Of a stretch of 64,000 bases of DNA, positions 1-8,451 are shown in pieces. The stretch is from assembly GCA_964364455.1 (NCBI GenBank), contig CAYIMR010000003.1, positions 23 to 64,022 of the forward strand, in the 5' to 3' direction. Position 1 is the stretch's first letter; every line of letters begins with the position of its first letter. The translations under genes were made by a program, and so were the position numbers. The DNA is from an uncultured Planctomycetales bacterium. GTDB taxonomy: Bacteria; Omnitrophota; Gorgyraeia; Zapsychrales; Zapsychraceae. The notes beneath the pieces were generated by a model. The model saw only the letters and a program-made list of their open reading frames with translations, ran no database searches and had not been told where the DNA came from.

Positions 1-1
1 C

Positions 2-178
2 GATCCCGCCGAACGCGCCAAACTGCGCGCCGAGCTCGACGGCCTCATCGCGCATCTTTACGGCCTGACCGAGAACGAGTTCACGCATATTCTTAAAACT
101 TTCCCGCTCGTCCCCGAACCGGTCCGAGCCGCCGCGCTCGATGCCTACCGCGATGTCGGGAAGGGAAAGGTCAAGTGA
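2..178 (+). CDS. 3' end (window-truncated) of a restriction-modification-type protein, probably the C-terminus of a type IIG/methylase-subunit-like enzyme
   Basis: Open frame from the window edge to TGA at 176-178. It translates to DPAERAKLRAELDGLIAHLYGLTENEFTHILKTFPLVPEP..., and the LYGLTExEFxHIL..FP tail is one I recall from C-termini of type II RM methylase-subunit proteins. It is not in the ORF track because it has no start. Confidence 0.4.
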   Translation, partial: DPAERAKLRAELDGLIAHLYGLTENEFTHILKTFPLVPEPVRAAALDAYRDVGKGKVK

Positions 179-216
179 TCGCCTTGTTGAGAGGTCTATA
201 AAAAGGATTGGTTCAA

Positions 217-1332
217 ATGAATGGGCAATGGATGGGGCAATATATTGGATCAAACTCCGGCTCGATCATCGTCAATCTCGATGATATGGGGGAACATTAT
301 GAAGGTGTCGCCTTTCTACTCGATACAAATAGTCAATTGCCGGTCACTGTAGCTATGTTAAAAACAAGTGATAAGGCGAGGACATTTCAATTCAAGACGC
401 CGGCGATTCTTTCAATAAATCCTCGCACTTCGTTCATTGATACTTGGGACAACGTTAAGCAATTTTTTCCCCAGATGTTTTTTCCGAAAGAAGCAAAAGT
501 GCGTGGGGAGTGGAATGAAAGCGAATTGATATTTAGCTGCTCAACAGATATTGGAACGACAGCTTCTGCTACGCTTCCAAAAAGTAAAGCTGATAAACCG
601 TCTGAACAGGTGCCGTTGACTTTAGACTGGAATGGTTGCAAAGTGCATTTTTCTAAATTAGCAGGATCCAGGAGATATCTATTTCGTGGTCAAAATGAAC
701 CACGACGGCTTCGCACAAAATTCCATAGATCGGGGAGGGCCGATTTAGGTAGATTTCTCAATGAGGATATGCAGACTTTGCATAAACATCTCAGCGGCAG
801 AACCCGACATATATTTAATTTGAATATACCCGATGAAAATGGTGCTTTTTTCAATTTAGTTCAGCATCATGGTTACCCGACTCCGTTGCTTGATTGGACA
901 TGCTCTCCATATGTGGCTGCGTATTTTGCGTATCGTGGGATTTCTAATGCAGATGCAGCGAAGGCGCCAAATGATAAAAGAGTACGAATCATTGTATTTG
1001 ATCAAGAGCAATGGCGGAAAGATTTTCCTCAGCCATTAGTACTTAATTCAGCTTTTCCGTATTTTTCAATTATGGAATCCCTTGCGATTGACAATGCGAG
1101 GATGATTCCGCAACAGGCAGCTTCAAGTGTGACTAATATTGATGATATAGAAAGTTACATAAAGTCTAAAGAGAATGCGGAAAAAAAGTATCTGCATGCT
1201 ATCGATTTACCTATGAAAGATCGAACAGAGGTGATATGTGAATTGAGTTATATGGGTATTACTGCAGGGTCACTGTTCCCAGGGCTGGATGGCGCGTGCG
1301 AAGAATTAAAAGAACGTTTCTTTAAGATTTAA
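217..1332 (+). CDS. FRG domain-containing protein with an unrecognised N-terminal domain of about 150 aa
   Basis: YLFRGQNEPRRLRTKFHR ... LVQHHGYPTPLLDWTCSPYVAAYFAY matches the FRG-domain signature (FRG motif plus HyG.PT.LLDWT.SP..A.YFA). ATG 217 lies 10 nt after AAAAGGA. The track start at 208 is TTG. Confidence 0.75.
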   Translation: MNGQWMGQYIGSNSGSIIVNLDDMGEHYEGVAFLLDTNSQLPVTVAMLKTSDKARTFQFKTPAILSINPRTSFIDTWDNVKQFFPQMFFPKEAKVRGEWNESELIFSCSTDIGTTASATLPKSKADKPSEQVPLTLDWNGCKVHFSKLAGSRRYLFRGQNEPRRLRTKFHRSGRADLGRFLNEDMQTLHKHLSGRTRHIFNLNIPDENGAFFNLVQHHGYPTPLLDWTCSPYVAAYFAYRGISNADAAKAPNDKRVRIIVFDQEQWRKDFPQPLVLNSAFPYFSIMESLAIDNARMIPQQAASSVTNIDDIESYIKSKENAEKKYLHAIDLPMKDRTEVICELSYMGITAGSLFPGLDGACEELKERFFKI

Positions 1333-1335
1333 AGA

Positions 1336-1416
1336 AAATCAACGACGAATCAACGTACCAAGCCTGCATGCAGGCCTTTTTGACGCCTGCTCGCCAACGT
1401 TCGCGGCGCGACCGCG
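1336..1416. repeat. Intergenic module A, copy 1, directly after the stop codon and including a small GC hairpin plus T-run
   Basis: Shares AATCAACGT, the palindrome GCCTGCATGCAGGC followed by TTTTTGA, and an exact 17-mer AACGTTCGCGGCGCGAC (1396-1412 = 4001-4017) with copy 2. Confidence 0.8.
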
Positions 1417-1453
1417 TTCTTTCCTGACATGCTTTTGGTGGAAGAGCTTGTCG

Positions 1454-1514
1454 GGGGACAGGTTGAAGGCCGCGGAGGTCACAGGGCGGGACGACAGAGG
1501 GACACAATACTTAA
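1454..1514. repeat. GGGGACAGG box, then a degenerate module B, then the 16-mer GGGACACAATACTTAA
   Basis: GGGGACAGGTTGA (1454-1466) is identical to 5122-5134. GTCACAGGGCGGGACGACAG resembles module B. The 16-mer at 1499-1514 is the exact reverse complement of 44075-44090. Confidence 0.8.
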
Positions 1515-1530
1515 GTGATAGAAGGAAACA

Positions 1531-2184
1531 ATGGAAATTGAAGAGAAAATCAGGAAACGATTTGAAGAATTGTTAAAAGTAGGTGACAAATTAAAGCACG
1601 GAAATGAGAGTGACCAAGTGCAAAACGAAGCGCATCGACAGGAGTGCATTGGCTGGCTTGCGTCGGCTCAAAATATTGTGCATTTGGTGGTAGCTAATCT
1701 TGGTAATCCTTATCGATTATCAGTAGATAAGATATGTAATGCTGACCGCGGATACTGCATTCAAAGGTCTGTTGGTGAAGTCGCTGTGATTTTGAGGTCA
1801 TTGCTTTATGATGTCGACTCAGGTTTGCTGGCTTCTATTGAGGATCAAACTAAAGCTTCCGTCTTCGATGATTTTTTAGATCATGCGAAAGAATATGCAA
1901 AACAAAAATTGTCAAAAGAGGCTGGTGTGATAGCCGGTGTCGTATTCGAGGACACCTTACGGAGTATTTGTCGTGCCAAGGGCATAGCCGAAAAAGACAG
2001 GAAACTGGATTCTTTGATTGACGATCTTGTTAAGGCAGGTGTATTGAGCCAGGTAAAAGCAAAAAGAGCGAAAGTTGCGGCCCATGTCCGCACAAAAGCA
2101 ACACATGCCCAATGGGACGAATTTGATTTAGGAGATGTCAATACGACGATTGATTTTACGGAAGACTTGATCCTTAATATCTAG
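1531..2184 (+). CDS. Hypothetical helical protein with a HEPN-like (DUF4145/Abi-like) C-terminus
   Basis: RBS GAAGGAAAC precedes the ATG. The C-terminal ...LIDDLVKAGVLSQVKAKRAKVAAHVRTKATHAQWDEF carries an R-x4-H motif in the context typical of HEPN/DUF4145 domains. No other family was recognised. Confidence 0.4.
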   Translation: MEIEEKIRKRFEELLKVGDKLKHGNESDQVQNEAHRQECIGWLASAQNIVHLVVANLGNPYRLSVDKICNADRGYCIQRSVGEVAVILRSLLYDVDSGLLASIEDQTKASVFDDFLDHAKEYAKQKLSKEAGVIAGVVFEDTLRSICRAKGIAEKDRKLDSLIDDLVKAGVLSQVKAKRAKVAAHVRTKATHAQWDEFDLGDVNTTIDFTEDLILNI

Positions 2185-2203
2185 AGAGAACAGAGAAGAA
2201 CAG

Positions 2204-2268
2204 GTGACAGTCACCCGTACCCCGTACGGGGACAGGCACTTTTGAAGGGGACAGGGTGAAGGTTGGGG
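2204..2268. repeat. Intergenic module B copy 1, followed by a GGGGACAGG box
   Basis: GACAGTCACCCG (2206-2217) equals 3583-3594. GGGGACAGGCA (2228-2238) equals 3598-3608. CTTTTGAAGGGGACAGG (2239-2255) equals 5114-5130. Contains the palindromes GTGACAGTCAC and CCCCGTACGGGG. Confidence 0.8.
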
Positions 2269-2356
2269 AAATCAAAAAATCCACCGCCGAGCTTAAAGAG
2301 GGAGTCGTTTCTATTGCGGCTACGCTCAATAAACATGGCCGGAGAGAGATGATAAA

Positions 2357-3511
2357 ATGAAAGCGCAAATAAAATCTGTTAAAAGAAATGCTTTCGACGA
2401 TGCAGTGTTATTTAGAGAAATTCGCGAGTTAATTCTTTCAGCGAGAAAAGCTGTCGTCAGAAATATTGATGCCATTCAGGTGATTACGAGTTTTGAAATT
2501 GGCCGCAGAATTGTGAAACATGAACAAAAAGGCTCTGCCCGCGCTCAATACGGGAAACAACTTCTTGTTGATCTTTCAACGCATTTAACTAACGAATTCG
2601 GGAGAGGGTTTTCCCGCTCAAATTTGGAATATATGCGTAAGTTTTATTTAGCATATCATGATCGTTCCGGGCAGATTCGGCAGATGGCGTCTGCCAAATA
2701 TAAAGACACCTCTGTCTCTGAAATTTCCCAGATGCCATCTGGGAAATCTACCGTAGCGCTTAAATCCCAGATACGTTCTGGGAAATCAATCAAGCCAGCA
2801 TTTTGTTTAAGCTGGTCTCAATATGTTTTTCTCACCGGAATTAAAGACGAAGACGCGCGCAGTTTTTACGAAATAGAAGCGGCAAGCAATAATTGGACTT
2901 TACCGGAACTTACCCGTCAGTTCAATTCAGGGCTGTATGAACGTTTGGCGTTAAGCCGGGATAAAGAAGGCGTACGAAAACTGGCAAAAGAAGGTCAGAT
3001 TATTTCTAAACAAGAGGACTTGCTTAAGGAGCCGTATGTATTGGAGTTCCTCGGGCTTGATGAAAATGCCAAGTATTCAGAATCTGATTTAGAGTCCGCC
3101 ATTATTGACAAGCTTGAACATTTTCTCCTTGAACTTGGTAAAGGATTCTTGTTTGAAGCGCGCCAGAAGAGATTTACATTTGATGAGGATCATTTTTTTG
3201 TAGATTTGGTTTTTTATAATCGTTTGATCGGGTGTTATGTTCTTATTGATTTAAAGATCGGGAAACTAACGCATCAGGACTTGGGGCAAATGCAAATGTA
3301 TGTGAATTATTTTGACCGCTATGTGAAAACAAAAGAGGAAGGCTCGACCGTTGGCATTATCCTTTGCCGTAAGAAGCGTGAAGCTCTGGTCAAAATCACG
3401 CTTCCCAAAGACGCGAATATCCATGCTAAAGAATACCGCCTGTACCTGCCGTCAAAAGAAGAATTAAGACGTAAGCTTCTCGACTGGACTAAAGACCGGG
3501 ATGTTTCTTAG
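2357..3511 (+). CDS. DUF1016/YhcG-family PD-(D/E)xK nuclease domain protein, paralog 1
   Basis: N-terminal ...FEIGRRIVKHEQKGSARAQYGKQLLVDLSTHL..FGRGFSRSNLEYMRKFYLAY and C-terminal ...FFVDLVFYNRLIGCYVLIDLKIGKLTHQDLGQMQMYVNYF are the hallmark YhcG/DUF1016 blocks (D...ELK nuclease core). Confidence 0.8.
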   Translation: MKAQIKSVKRNAFDDAVLFREIRELILSARKAVVRNIDAIQVITSFEIGRRIVKHEQKGSARAQYGKQLLVDLSTHLTNEFGRGFSRSNLEYMRKFYLAYHDRSGQIRQMASAKYKDTSVSEISQMPSGKSTVALKSQIRSGKSIKPAFCLSWSQYVFLTGIKDEDARSFYEIEAASNNWTLPELTRQFNSGLYERLALSRDKEGVRKLAKEGQIISKQEDLLKEPYVLEFLGLDENAKYSESDLESAIIDKLEHFLLELGKGFLFEARQKRFTFDEDHFFVDLVFYNRLIGCYVLIDLKIGKLTHQDLGQMQMYVNYFDRYVKTKEEGSTVGIILCRKKREALVKITLPKDANIHAKEYRLYLPSKEELRRKLLDWTKDRDVS

Positions 3512-3580
3512 CTTTTAAATAAAAAAGAAGAATATGCTCAAAGGATCCGAAACAATCGAGTTCAAGACAAAGGAATGAAG

Positions 3581-3608
3581 GCGACAGTCACCCGGGCGGG
3601 GACAGGCA
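3581..3608. repeat. Intergenic module B copy 2
   Basis: Exact 12-mer and 11-mer matches to 2206-2217 and 2228-2238. It lies immediately upstream of the truncated DUF1016 fragment. Confidence 0.8.
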
Positions 3609-3650
3609 TGGTGAGCTTCGCCGCTCGCCTCGTTTCACGGGCGAAGCGGG

Positions 3651-3938
3651 TTGGCGGTTGAACTTAAAATAGGTGATTTTAAGCCGGAATATGCGGGGAA
3701 AATGCAGTTTTATCTTTCCGCGCTCAATGAGCGGGATAAGCTTGAAGGAGAAAATCCGGCTATCGGTATTATAATTTGTAGAAGTAAAAGCCGGACCGTG
3801 GTTGAATACGCGTTAAAGGATGTGCACAAGCCCATAGGGGTTTCTATCTATTCTATTAAAAAGTCTTTGCCCAAAGCATTGCAAAAATATCTGCCGTCAT
3901 CAAAGGAACTGGCGGAAAGACTGGACGCGGTGAAATGA
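3651..3938 (+). pseudogene. 5'-truncated DUF1016/YhcG remnant (only the last ~95 codons remain)
   Basis: VELKIGDFKPEYAGKMQFYLSALNE..ENPAIGIIICRSKSRTVVEYAL aligns with the C-terminal third of paralog 3 (FELKIDDFKPEYLGKLNFYLEALDR..ENPSVGIILCKSKNDEVVEYAL). No N-terminal portion, no ATG and no RBS. Confidence 0.7.
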
Positions 3939-4021
3939 AATCAGCGAAATCAACGTGCCAGGCCTGCCTGCCGGCAGGCGCTTTTGAACACCTGCTCACT
4001 AACGTTCGCGGCGCGACGGTG
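3938..4021. repeat. Intergenic module A, copy 2
   Basis: AATCAACGTGCC (3948-3959) equals 5090-5101. Hairpin GCCTGCC-TGCC-GGCAGGC followed by CTTTTGA. The 17-mer at 4001-4017 equals 1396-1412. Confidence 0.8.
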
Positions 4022-4063
4022 ATTTGAATAATAAGCCGAAAGGAGAGAATAAGAGGTGATTGA

Positions 4064-5077
4064 ATGAAGATTATTAAACCGCTTGATAATCAGTTCGGGG
4101 AAGTCGTTCATTTAATTAAAAAAGCCCGTCTTAACGCGTTGCGAAGTGTTAATCAGGAATTGATTGAGCTTTACCGGCAAATCGGAAGTTATATCAGTGC
4201 AAGAGTCGAATGCGAAGAATGGGGGAAGGGGGTTGTGACTCAGCTGGCTGTGCATCTACGGGAAAGGCTCCCGGATTCAACAGGCTATTCCTCGCAAAAT
4301 CTCTGGCGTATGAAGCAGTTTTATGAGGTATACCGCAAATATCCAAAACTCTCAACACTGTTGAGAGAATTAGGCTGGTCCAGCCACCTGCATATTGTCT
4401 CTAAAACAAAAACTATCGAAGAAAAAGAATTTTATCTCCGGCTTGCCATTAAGGAAAGATATTCCGTCCGCGAACTGGAGCGCCAGATTGACAGCGGTTT
4501 ATTTGAACGCGTTGTGCTTTCCAGAAAGAAAGTTCCGGCATCGCTGACACAAAAGCATCCTGAAGCGCCGGAAGTATTCAAGGATGTCTATGTCCTTGAT
4601 TTTCTTAACCTGCCTGAAGTTCACAGCGAGACCGGCTTGCGAAGGAGCATTGTTTCTAACCTGAAGAATTTTATTCTTGAATTCGGCAAAGACTTTGCAT
4701 TTGTTGGCCAGGAACACCGGCTTCAAGTCGGTAAAAACGATTATTTCATCGACCTTCTGTTTTTTCACCGCGGCTTACGCTGTCTTGTTATGTTTGAGTT
4801 GAAGATAGACGATTTCAAACCCGAGTATCTGGGCAAGTTGAATTTTTATCTCGAGGCTTTAGACAGGGATGTAAGAAAACCGGATGAGAATCCGAGCGTT
4901 GGAATCATCCTCTGCAAATCAAAAAACGATGAAGTGGTGGAGTATGCCTTAAGCCGCAATCTTTCGCCCGCGCTTGTTGCCGAGTACAAGACAAAGCTTA
5001 TTCCCAAGAAGATATTGCAGAAAAAGCTGCATGAGTATTACCTGTTGGGCGAAAGCGGGGCAAGGAAGGAAAAATAA
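4064..5077 (+). CDS. DUF1016/YhcG-family PD-(D/E)xK nuclease domain protein, paralog 3
   Basis: GSYISARVECEEWGKGVVTQLAVHLRERLPDSTGYSSQNLWRMKQFY ... YFIDLLFFHRGLRCLVMFELKIDDFKPEYLGKLNFYL. RBS GAGGTGA lies upstream of the ATG. Confidence 0.8.
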   Translation: MKIIKPLDNQFGEVVHLIKKARLNALRSVNQELIELYRQIGSYISARVECEEWGKGVVTQLAVHLRERLPDSTGYSSQNLWRMKQFYEVYRKYPKLSTLLRELGWSSHLHIVSKTKTIEEKEFYLRLAIKERYSVRELERQIDSGLFERVVLSRKKVPASLTQKHPEAPEVFKDVYVLDFLNLPEVHSETGLRRSIVSNLKNFILEFGKDFAFVGQEHRLQVGKNDYFIDLLFFHRGLRCLVMFELKIDDFKPEYLGKLNFYLEALDRDVRKPDENPSVGIILCKSKNDEVVEYALSRNLSPALVAEYKTKLIPKKILQKKLHEYYLLGESGARKEK

Positions 5078-5150
5078 AAATCAACGAAAAATCAACGTGC
5101 CGGGCACTTTTGACTTTTGAAGGGGACAGGTTGAGGGCGAGGGGTTGGGA
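5077..5150. repeat. Module A copy 3 (short form) fused to a GGGGACAGG box
   Basis: AAAATCAACGAAAAATCAACGTGCC, then hairpin GTGCC-G-GGCAC with T-run, then CTTTTGAAGGGGACAGGTTGAGGGC. Exact matches to 3948-3959, 2239-2255 and 1454-1466. Confidence 0.8.
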
Positions 5151-5245
5151 AGTGGAATTTGAAGAAGCTAAAGGACGAAGGGCTTATGAAACGCATTGGC
5201 CCGGACAAAGGCGGGCATTGGGAGGCTTAGGTTTTTTGCAAGGCA

Positions 5246-7348
5246 ATGAAAATCTTACAAGTTTTACCTGAACTCAACGTCGGCGGCGTGGAAACCGGGA
5301 CGGTCGATCTGGCCAGGTATCTGGCCGCCCACGGCCATCAATCCGTCGTTGTGTCCAACGGCGGCGAATTGGTCAGTGATCTGGAAGCCGCAGGGACGCG
5401 ACATTACACGTTGCCCGTCCACAAAAAGTCGTTATGGTTGATGATAAAATGTGTCAAGGCGTTACGCGCGATCATTCAAAGTGAAAAAGCGGATATCGTG
5501 CACGCCCGCTCCCGGGTGCCGGCCTGGATCGCCTATTTTGCCTGCCGCGGGACGCAAGCCGCGTTTATCACAACTTGTCACGGGTATTATGGCAATCGTA
5601 TTTTTAGCCAGGTGATGGGCTGGCCCAAGTTGGTCATCGTGCCCAGCCGGGTCATCGGGCGGCACATGATGGAACATTTCGGCACTTTGTCCAATAGCAT
5701 CCGTTATATTCCCCGCAGTGTGGATGTGGAAAAGTTCCGGGTGCAGCGTCCGGTCATTGAGGGAAAATCGTTTTTTACCGTTACGATCGTGGGGCGGCTG
5801 ACGCCCTTGAAGGGTCATACGTTCTTTTTACGCGCGATGGCAAAGGTGGTGCGCGCGATGCCCAATATCCGCGTTTGGATCATCGGGGACGCGCCGGCGG
5901 CCAAACAATCGTACAAGGCCGAACTGCAAGTCCTCACCCATCGTCTGGGGATCCAGGAACATGTTGAATTTTTAGGGAATCGCAAAGACGTTCCGCAACT
6001 CTTGGCCCAAACGGATGTGCTTGTCCTTTCCACGGTGACCCAGGAAGCTTTTGGGAGGGTGATTCTGGAAGCCCAGGCCGCAGGCGTTCCGGTGGTTGCC
6101 ACCAGTGTTGGCGGTGTCGTTGATATCATCGATGACGGGCACACGGGTTTATTGGTAATGCCTAAAGATCCGGATGGCATGGCCAAAGCTGTGATGCGCG
6201 TTCTGGGCGATAAAAAGTTTGCCGCCCAGTTGGCCGGCGCGGCGCGGCAAAAATTGCAGGAAAACTTCACTCTGGGACATATGGCGTCCCAAACGTTAAA
6301 AGTTTACGAGGAATTGCTCAATTCCCTGAATATCCTGGCCATCAAGATCAGCGCGGCGGGAGATGTGGTTTTGGTAACGGCATCATTGAAAGCGTTGCGG
6401 GAAAAATATCCGCGGGCGAAGATCTATTGCCTTGTCGGAAGAGAATCGCGCAAGATATTGCAGAGCTGCCCCTATCTGGATGGGCTTGTTGTCGATGACA
6501 CGCGGCAGAAAAGCAAAGGATGGATCAATGCGATACGCTTGTCGCATCGGCTGCGCAAATACCGTTTTGACAAGATCGTCGATTTTCAAAACAGCCGTAA
6601 AAGCCACCTGCTGGCGTTTTTAAGCTTCCCTCGGGAAAGCTACGGGTACGACAACGGAAAATGGAGTGGACTGCTGACGAATCCGTTAAAACAATATCGT
6701 AATGATATCCCGGCGGTCGACCATCAATTTCAGTTATTGCAAACGATGGGAATAACCACTCCGAAAGAATTGGCTTTGGAGCTTTGGCCTTCTGAGAAGG
6801 ACCGTAAATATGCCCAAGAGCTCCTCGACGCGGAATGGCTGGGCAACGTGACCCGGATCGTTGGCATCAACATCGCCGCTTCGCAAAAATGGCAGACGAA
6901 GAATTGGCCCATGGAATATATCGCGCGTTTATGCGACCTGCTTTCCGGCAAAAGTGTCCGCGTGCTCATCACCGGAATGGAGAAGGATAAACCTTTGGTC
7001 GAAGCGCTTCTGGCGCAGACGAGGTCCAAACCCGCTATTTTCGTGGGGCGTACCGATATCTTGCAATTGGCCGCGCTCATTGAACGCTGTAAAGTTTATA
7101 TCACGCCGGACTCGGCGCCGTTGCATGTCGCCGCGGCCATGCGCACCCCGCTGGTCGCGTTCTTTGGCCCGACGGATTCCCGGAGGCACCAGCCGCCGGC
7201 TAAAAATATGATCATCCTGGAAAAGAAACCCGCTTGCGCGCCCTGTTACAGTCCGCGGTGCCTGATCATGACGCACGTGTGCATGCGCGACATAACCCCC
7301 GAGGAAGTCGCCGGCAAGGTTGAGCTGTTGATGGATACAAAACAATGA
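5246..7348 (+). CDS. Fusion protein: GT4 glycosyltransferase (N-terminal ~355 aa) plus GT9 heptosyltransferase-like domain (C-terminal)
   Basis: N-terminus: MKILQVLPELNVGGVETGTVDLARYL...EAFGRVILEAQAAGVPVVATSVGG (GT4 EX7E region). C-terminus: ILAIKISAAGDVVLVTASLKALREKYP...DSAPLHVAAAM (GT9/RfaF-like). Confidence 0.75.
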   Translation: MKILQVLPELNVGGVETGTVDLARYLAAHGHQSVVVSNGGELVSDLEAAGTRHYTLPVHKKSLWLMIKCVKALRAIIQSEKADIVHARSRVPAWIAYFACRGTQAAFITTCHGYYGNRIFSQVMGWPKLVIVPSRVIGRHMMEHFGTLSNSIRYIPRSVDVEKFRVQRPVIEGKSFFTVTIVGRLTPLKGHTFFLRAMAKVVRAMPNIRVWIIGDAPAAKQSYKAELQVLTHRLGIQEHVEFLGNRKDVPQLLAQTDVLVLSTVTQEAFGRVILEAQAAGVPVVATSVGGVVDIIDDGHTGLLVMPKDPDGMAKAVMRVLGDKKFAAQLAGAARQKLQENFTLGHMASQTLKVYEELLNSLNILAIKISAAGDVVLVTASLKALREKYPRAKIYCLVGRESRKILQSCPYLDGLVVDDTRQKSKGWINAIRLSHRLRKYRFDKIVDFQNSRKSHLLAFLSFPRESYGYDNGKWSGLLTNPLKQYRNDIPAVDHQFQLLQTMGITTPKELALELWPSEKDRKYAQELLDAEWLGNVTRIVGINIAASQKWQTKNWPMEYIARLCDLLSGKSVRVLITGMEKDKPLVEALLAQTRSKPAIFVGRTDILQLAALIERCKVYITPDSAPLHVAAAMRTPLVAFFGPTDSRRHQPPAKNMIILEKKPACAPCYSPRCLIMTHVCMRDITPEEVAGKVELLMDTKQ

Positions 7349-8451
7349 ATGTCCTTTTTTTGACCACGCATCTTGACACGGGCGGAATTACAAGCTATCT
7401 GTTGACGCTCGGCAAGGGGATGGTCGAACGCGGCGTGGGCGTGCGCGTGGCTTCAGGCGGCGGAAACCTGGCCGGCGAATTTTCTACGTTGGGTACCCGG
7501 CTTTTAAATTTAAATATCCGGACGAAGTCGGAACTTGACCCGCGGATTTACCTTGCCTTGCCGCCGTTAAAACGTTACGTCCGGCAATACGCGATCGATA
7601 TCATCCATACCCAGACGCGGGTGACCCATGTGATGGGGGCGTGCTTGTCGCGGATGACCGGGCGCCCTCATGTCAGCACGTGTCATGGTTTCTACAAAAC
7701 CCGTTTGTCCCGAAGGATTTTTCCGTGCTGGGGACAAGCGGTCATCGCCATCAGTCCGGCCGTCCAAAAACATCTACGCGATGACTTTAATGTGCCGGAT
7801 GACCGCGTCGCGCTTGTTCCCAGCGGCATTGATCTACGGATGCACGCACCCGTCGACGGGGAGCGTAAGCGTCAACTGCGCCAGAAAAATCATTGGGGAG
7901 AGGAACCCGTGCTCGGGATTATCGCCCGTTTGTCGGACGTGAAAGGCCAGGATATTCTGGTTGATGCCATGGCGAAAATCCGCGAACAAATCCCGGACGC
8001 CAAACTGATCATGGCGGGCGAAGGGAGAATGGAGCCGGTGCTCCGGGGGATGGTCAAGCGCATGGGCCTCGATCAAAATGTGTTTTTTTATCCGCTCGCC
8101 TGTAATGTTTCGGAAATCTTGCCCGCGCTGGATATTTTTGTCATGCCCTCCCGGCAGGAAGGGCTGGGACTTTCCATTATGGAGGCGCAGGCTTCCGGCG
8201 TGCCGGTTGTCGCCTCACGGGTCGGAGGGATCCCGAGCCTGATCGAAGACGGGAAAACAGGATTCCTCGTTGAGCCGGAAAATCCGGACGCGCTGGCGCG
8301 GACGATTGTAGCGGCCTTGCGCGATAAAAACCGTCTGGCACAGGTCGCGAAAGCCGGCCGGGAATTTGTAAGGGAGAATTGTTCCGCCGACACGATGGTG
8401 GAGAAGACACTCACTTTTTACGCGACCGTAAACCGCGGAAGACAGACATGA
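7345..8451 (+). CDS. Glycosyltransferase family 4
   Basis: MNVLFLTTHLDTGGITSY... and SRQEGLGLSIMEAQASGVPVVASRVGGIPSLIEDGKTGFLV. ATGA overlap with the upstream gene. Confidence 0.8.
   Translation: MNVLFLTTHLDTGGITSYLLTLGKGMVERGVGVRVASGGGNLAGEFSTLGTRLLNLNIRTKSELDPRIYLALPPLKRYVRQYAIDIIHTQTRVTHVMGACLSRMTGRPHVSTCHGFYKTRLSRRIFPCWGQAVIAISPAVQKHLRDDFNVPDDRVALVPSGIDLRMHAPVDGERKRQLRQKNHWGEEPVLGIIARLSDVKGQDILVDAMAKIREQIPDAKLIMAGEGRMEPVLRGMVKRMGLDQNVFFYPLACNVSEILPALDIFVMPSRQEGLGLSIMEAQASGVPVVASRVGGIPSLIEDGKTGFLVEPENPDALARTIVAALRDKNRLAQVAKAGREFVRENCSADTMVEKTLTFYATVNRGRQT

Noticed and set aside
1322-1507. A 61-aa minus-strand ORF in the first intergenic region (similarly 2174-2368)
   Set aside because: It lies within the repeat modules, the product is Arg/Pro-rich, and there are no translation signals. 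The conservation between module copies is at the nucleotide level and does not preserve a frame.
1333-5245. Integron gene-cassette array with attC sites
   Set aside because: The co-oriented genes with conserved 3' flanks look cassette-like. However, I could not find the canonical RYYYAAC...GTTRRRY core sites (the GTTGAAG/GTTGAGG boxes do not fit), and no intI gene is in the window. I kept it only as a generic cassette-like architecture in the findings.
8379-8447. N-terminal extensions suggested by the ORF track. Other cases: 14129, 18048, 29939, 36994, 38270, 40544, 47967, 48940, 54155 and 58221.
   Set aside because: In each case an internal ATG with an upstream purine-rich RBS, or an ATGA overlap with the preceding stop, gives an N-terminus matching the known family. 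The extensions overlap the upstream gene in another frame.
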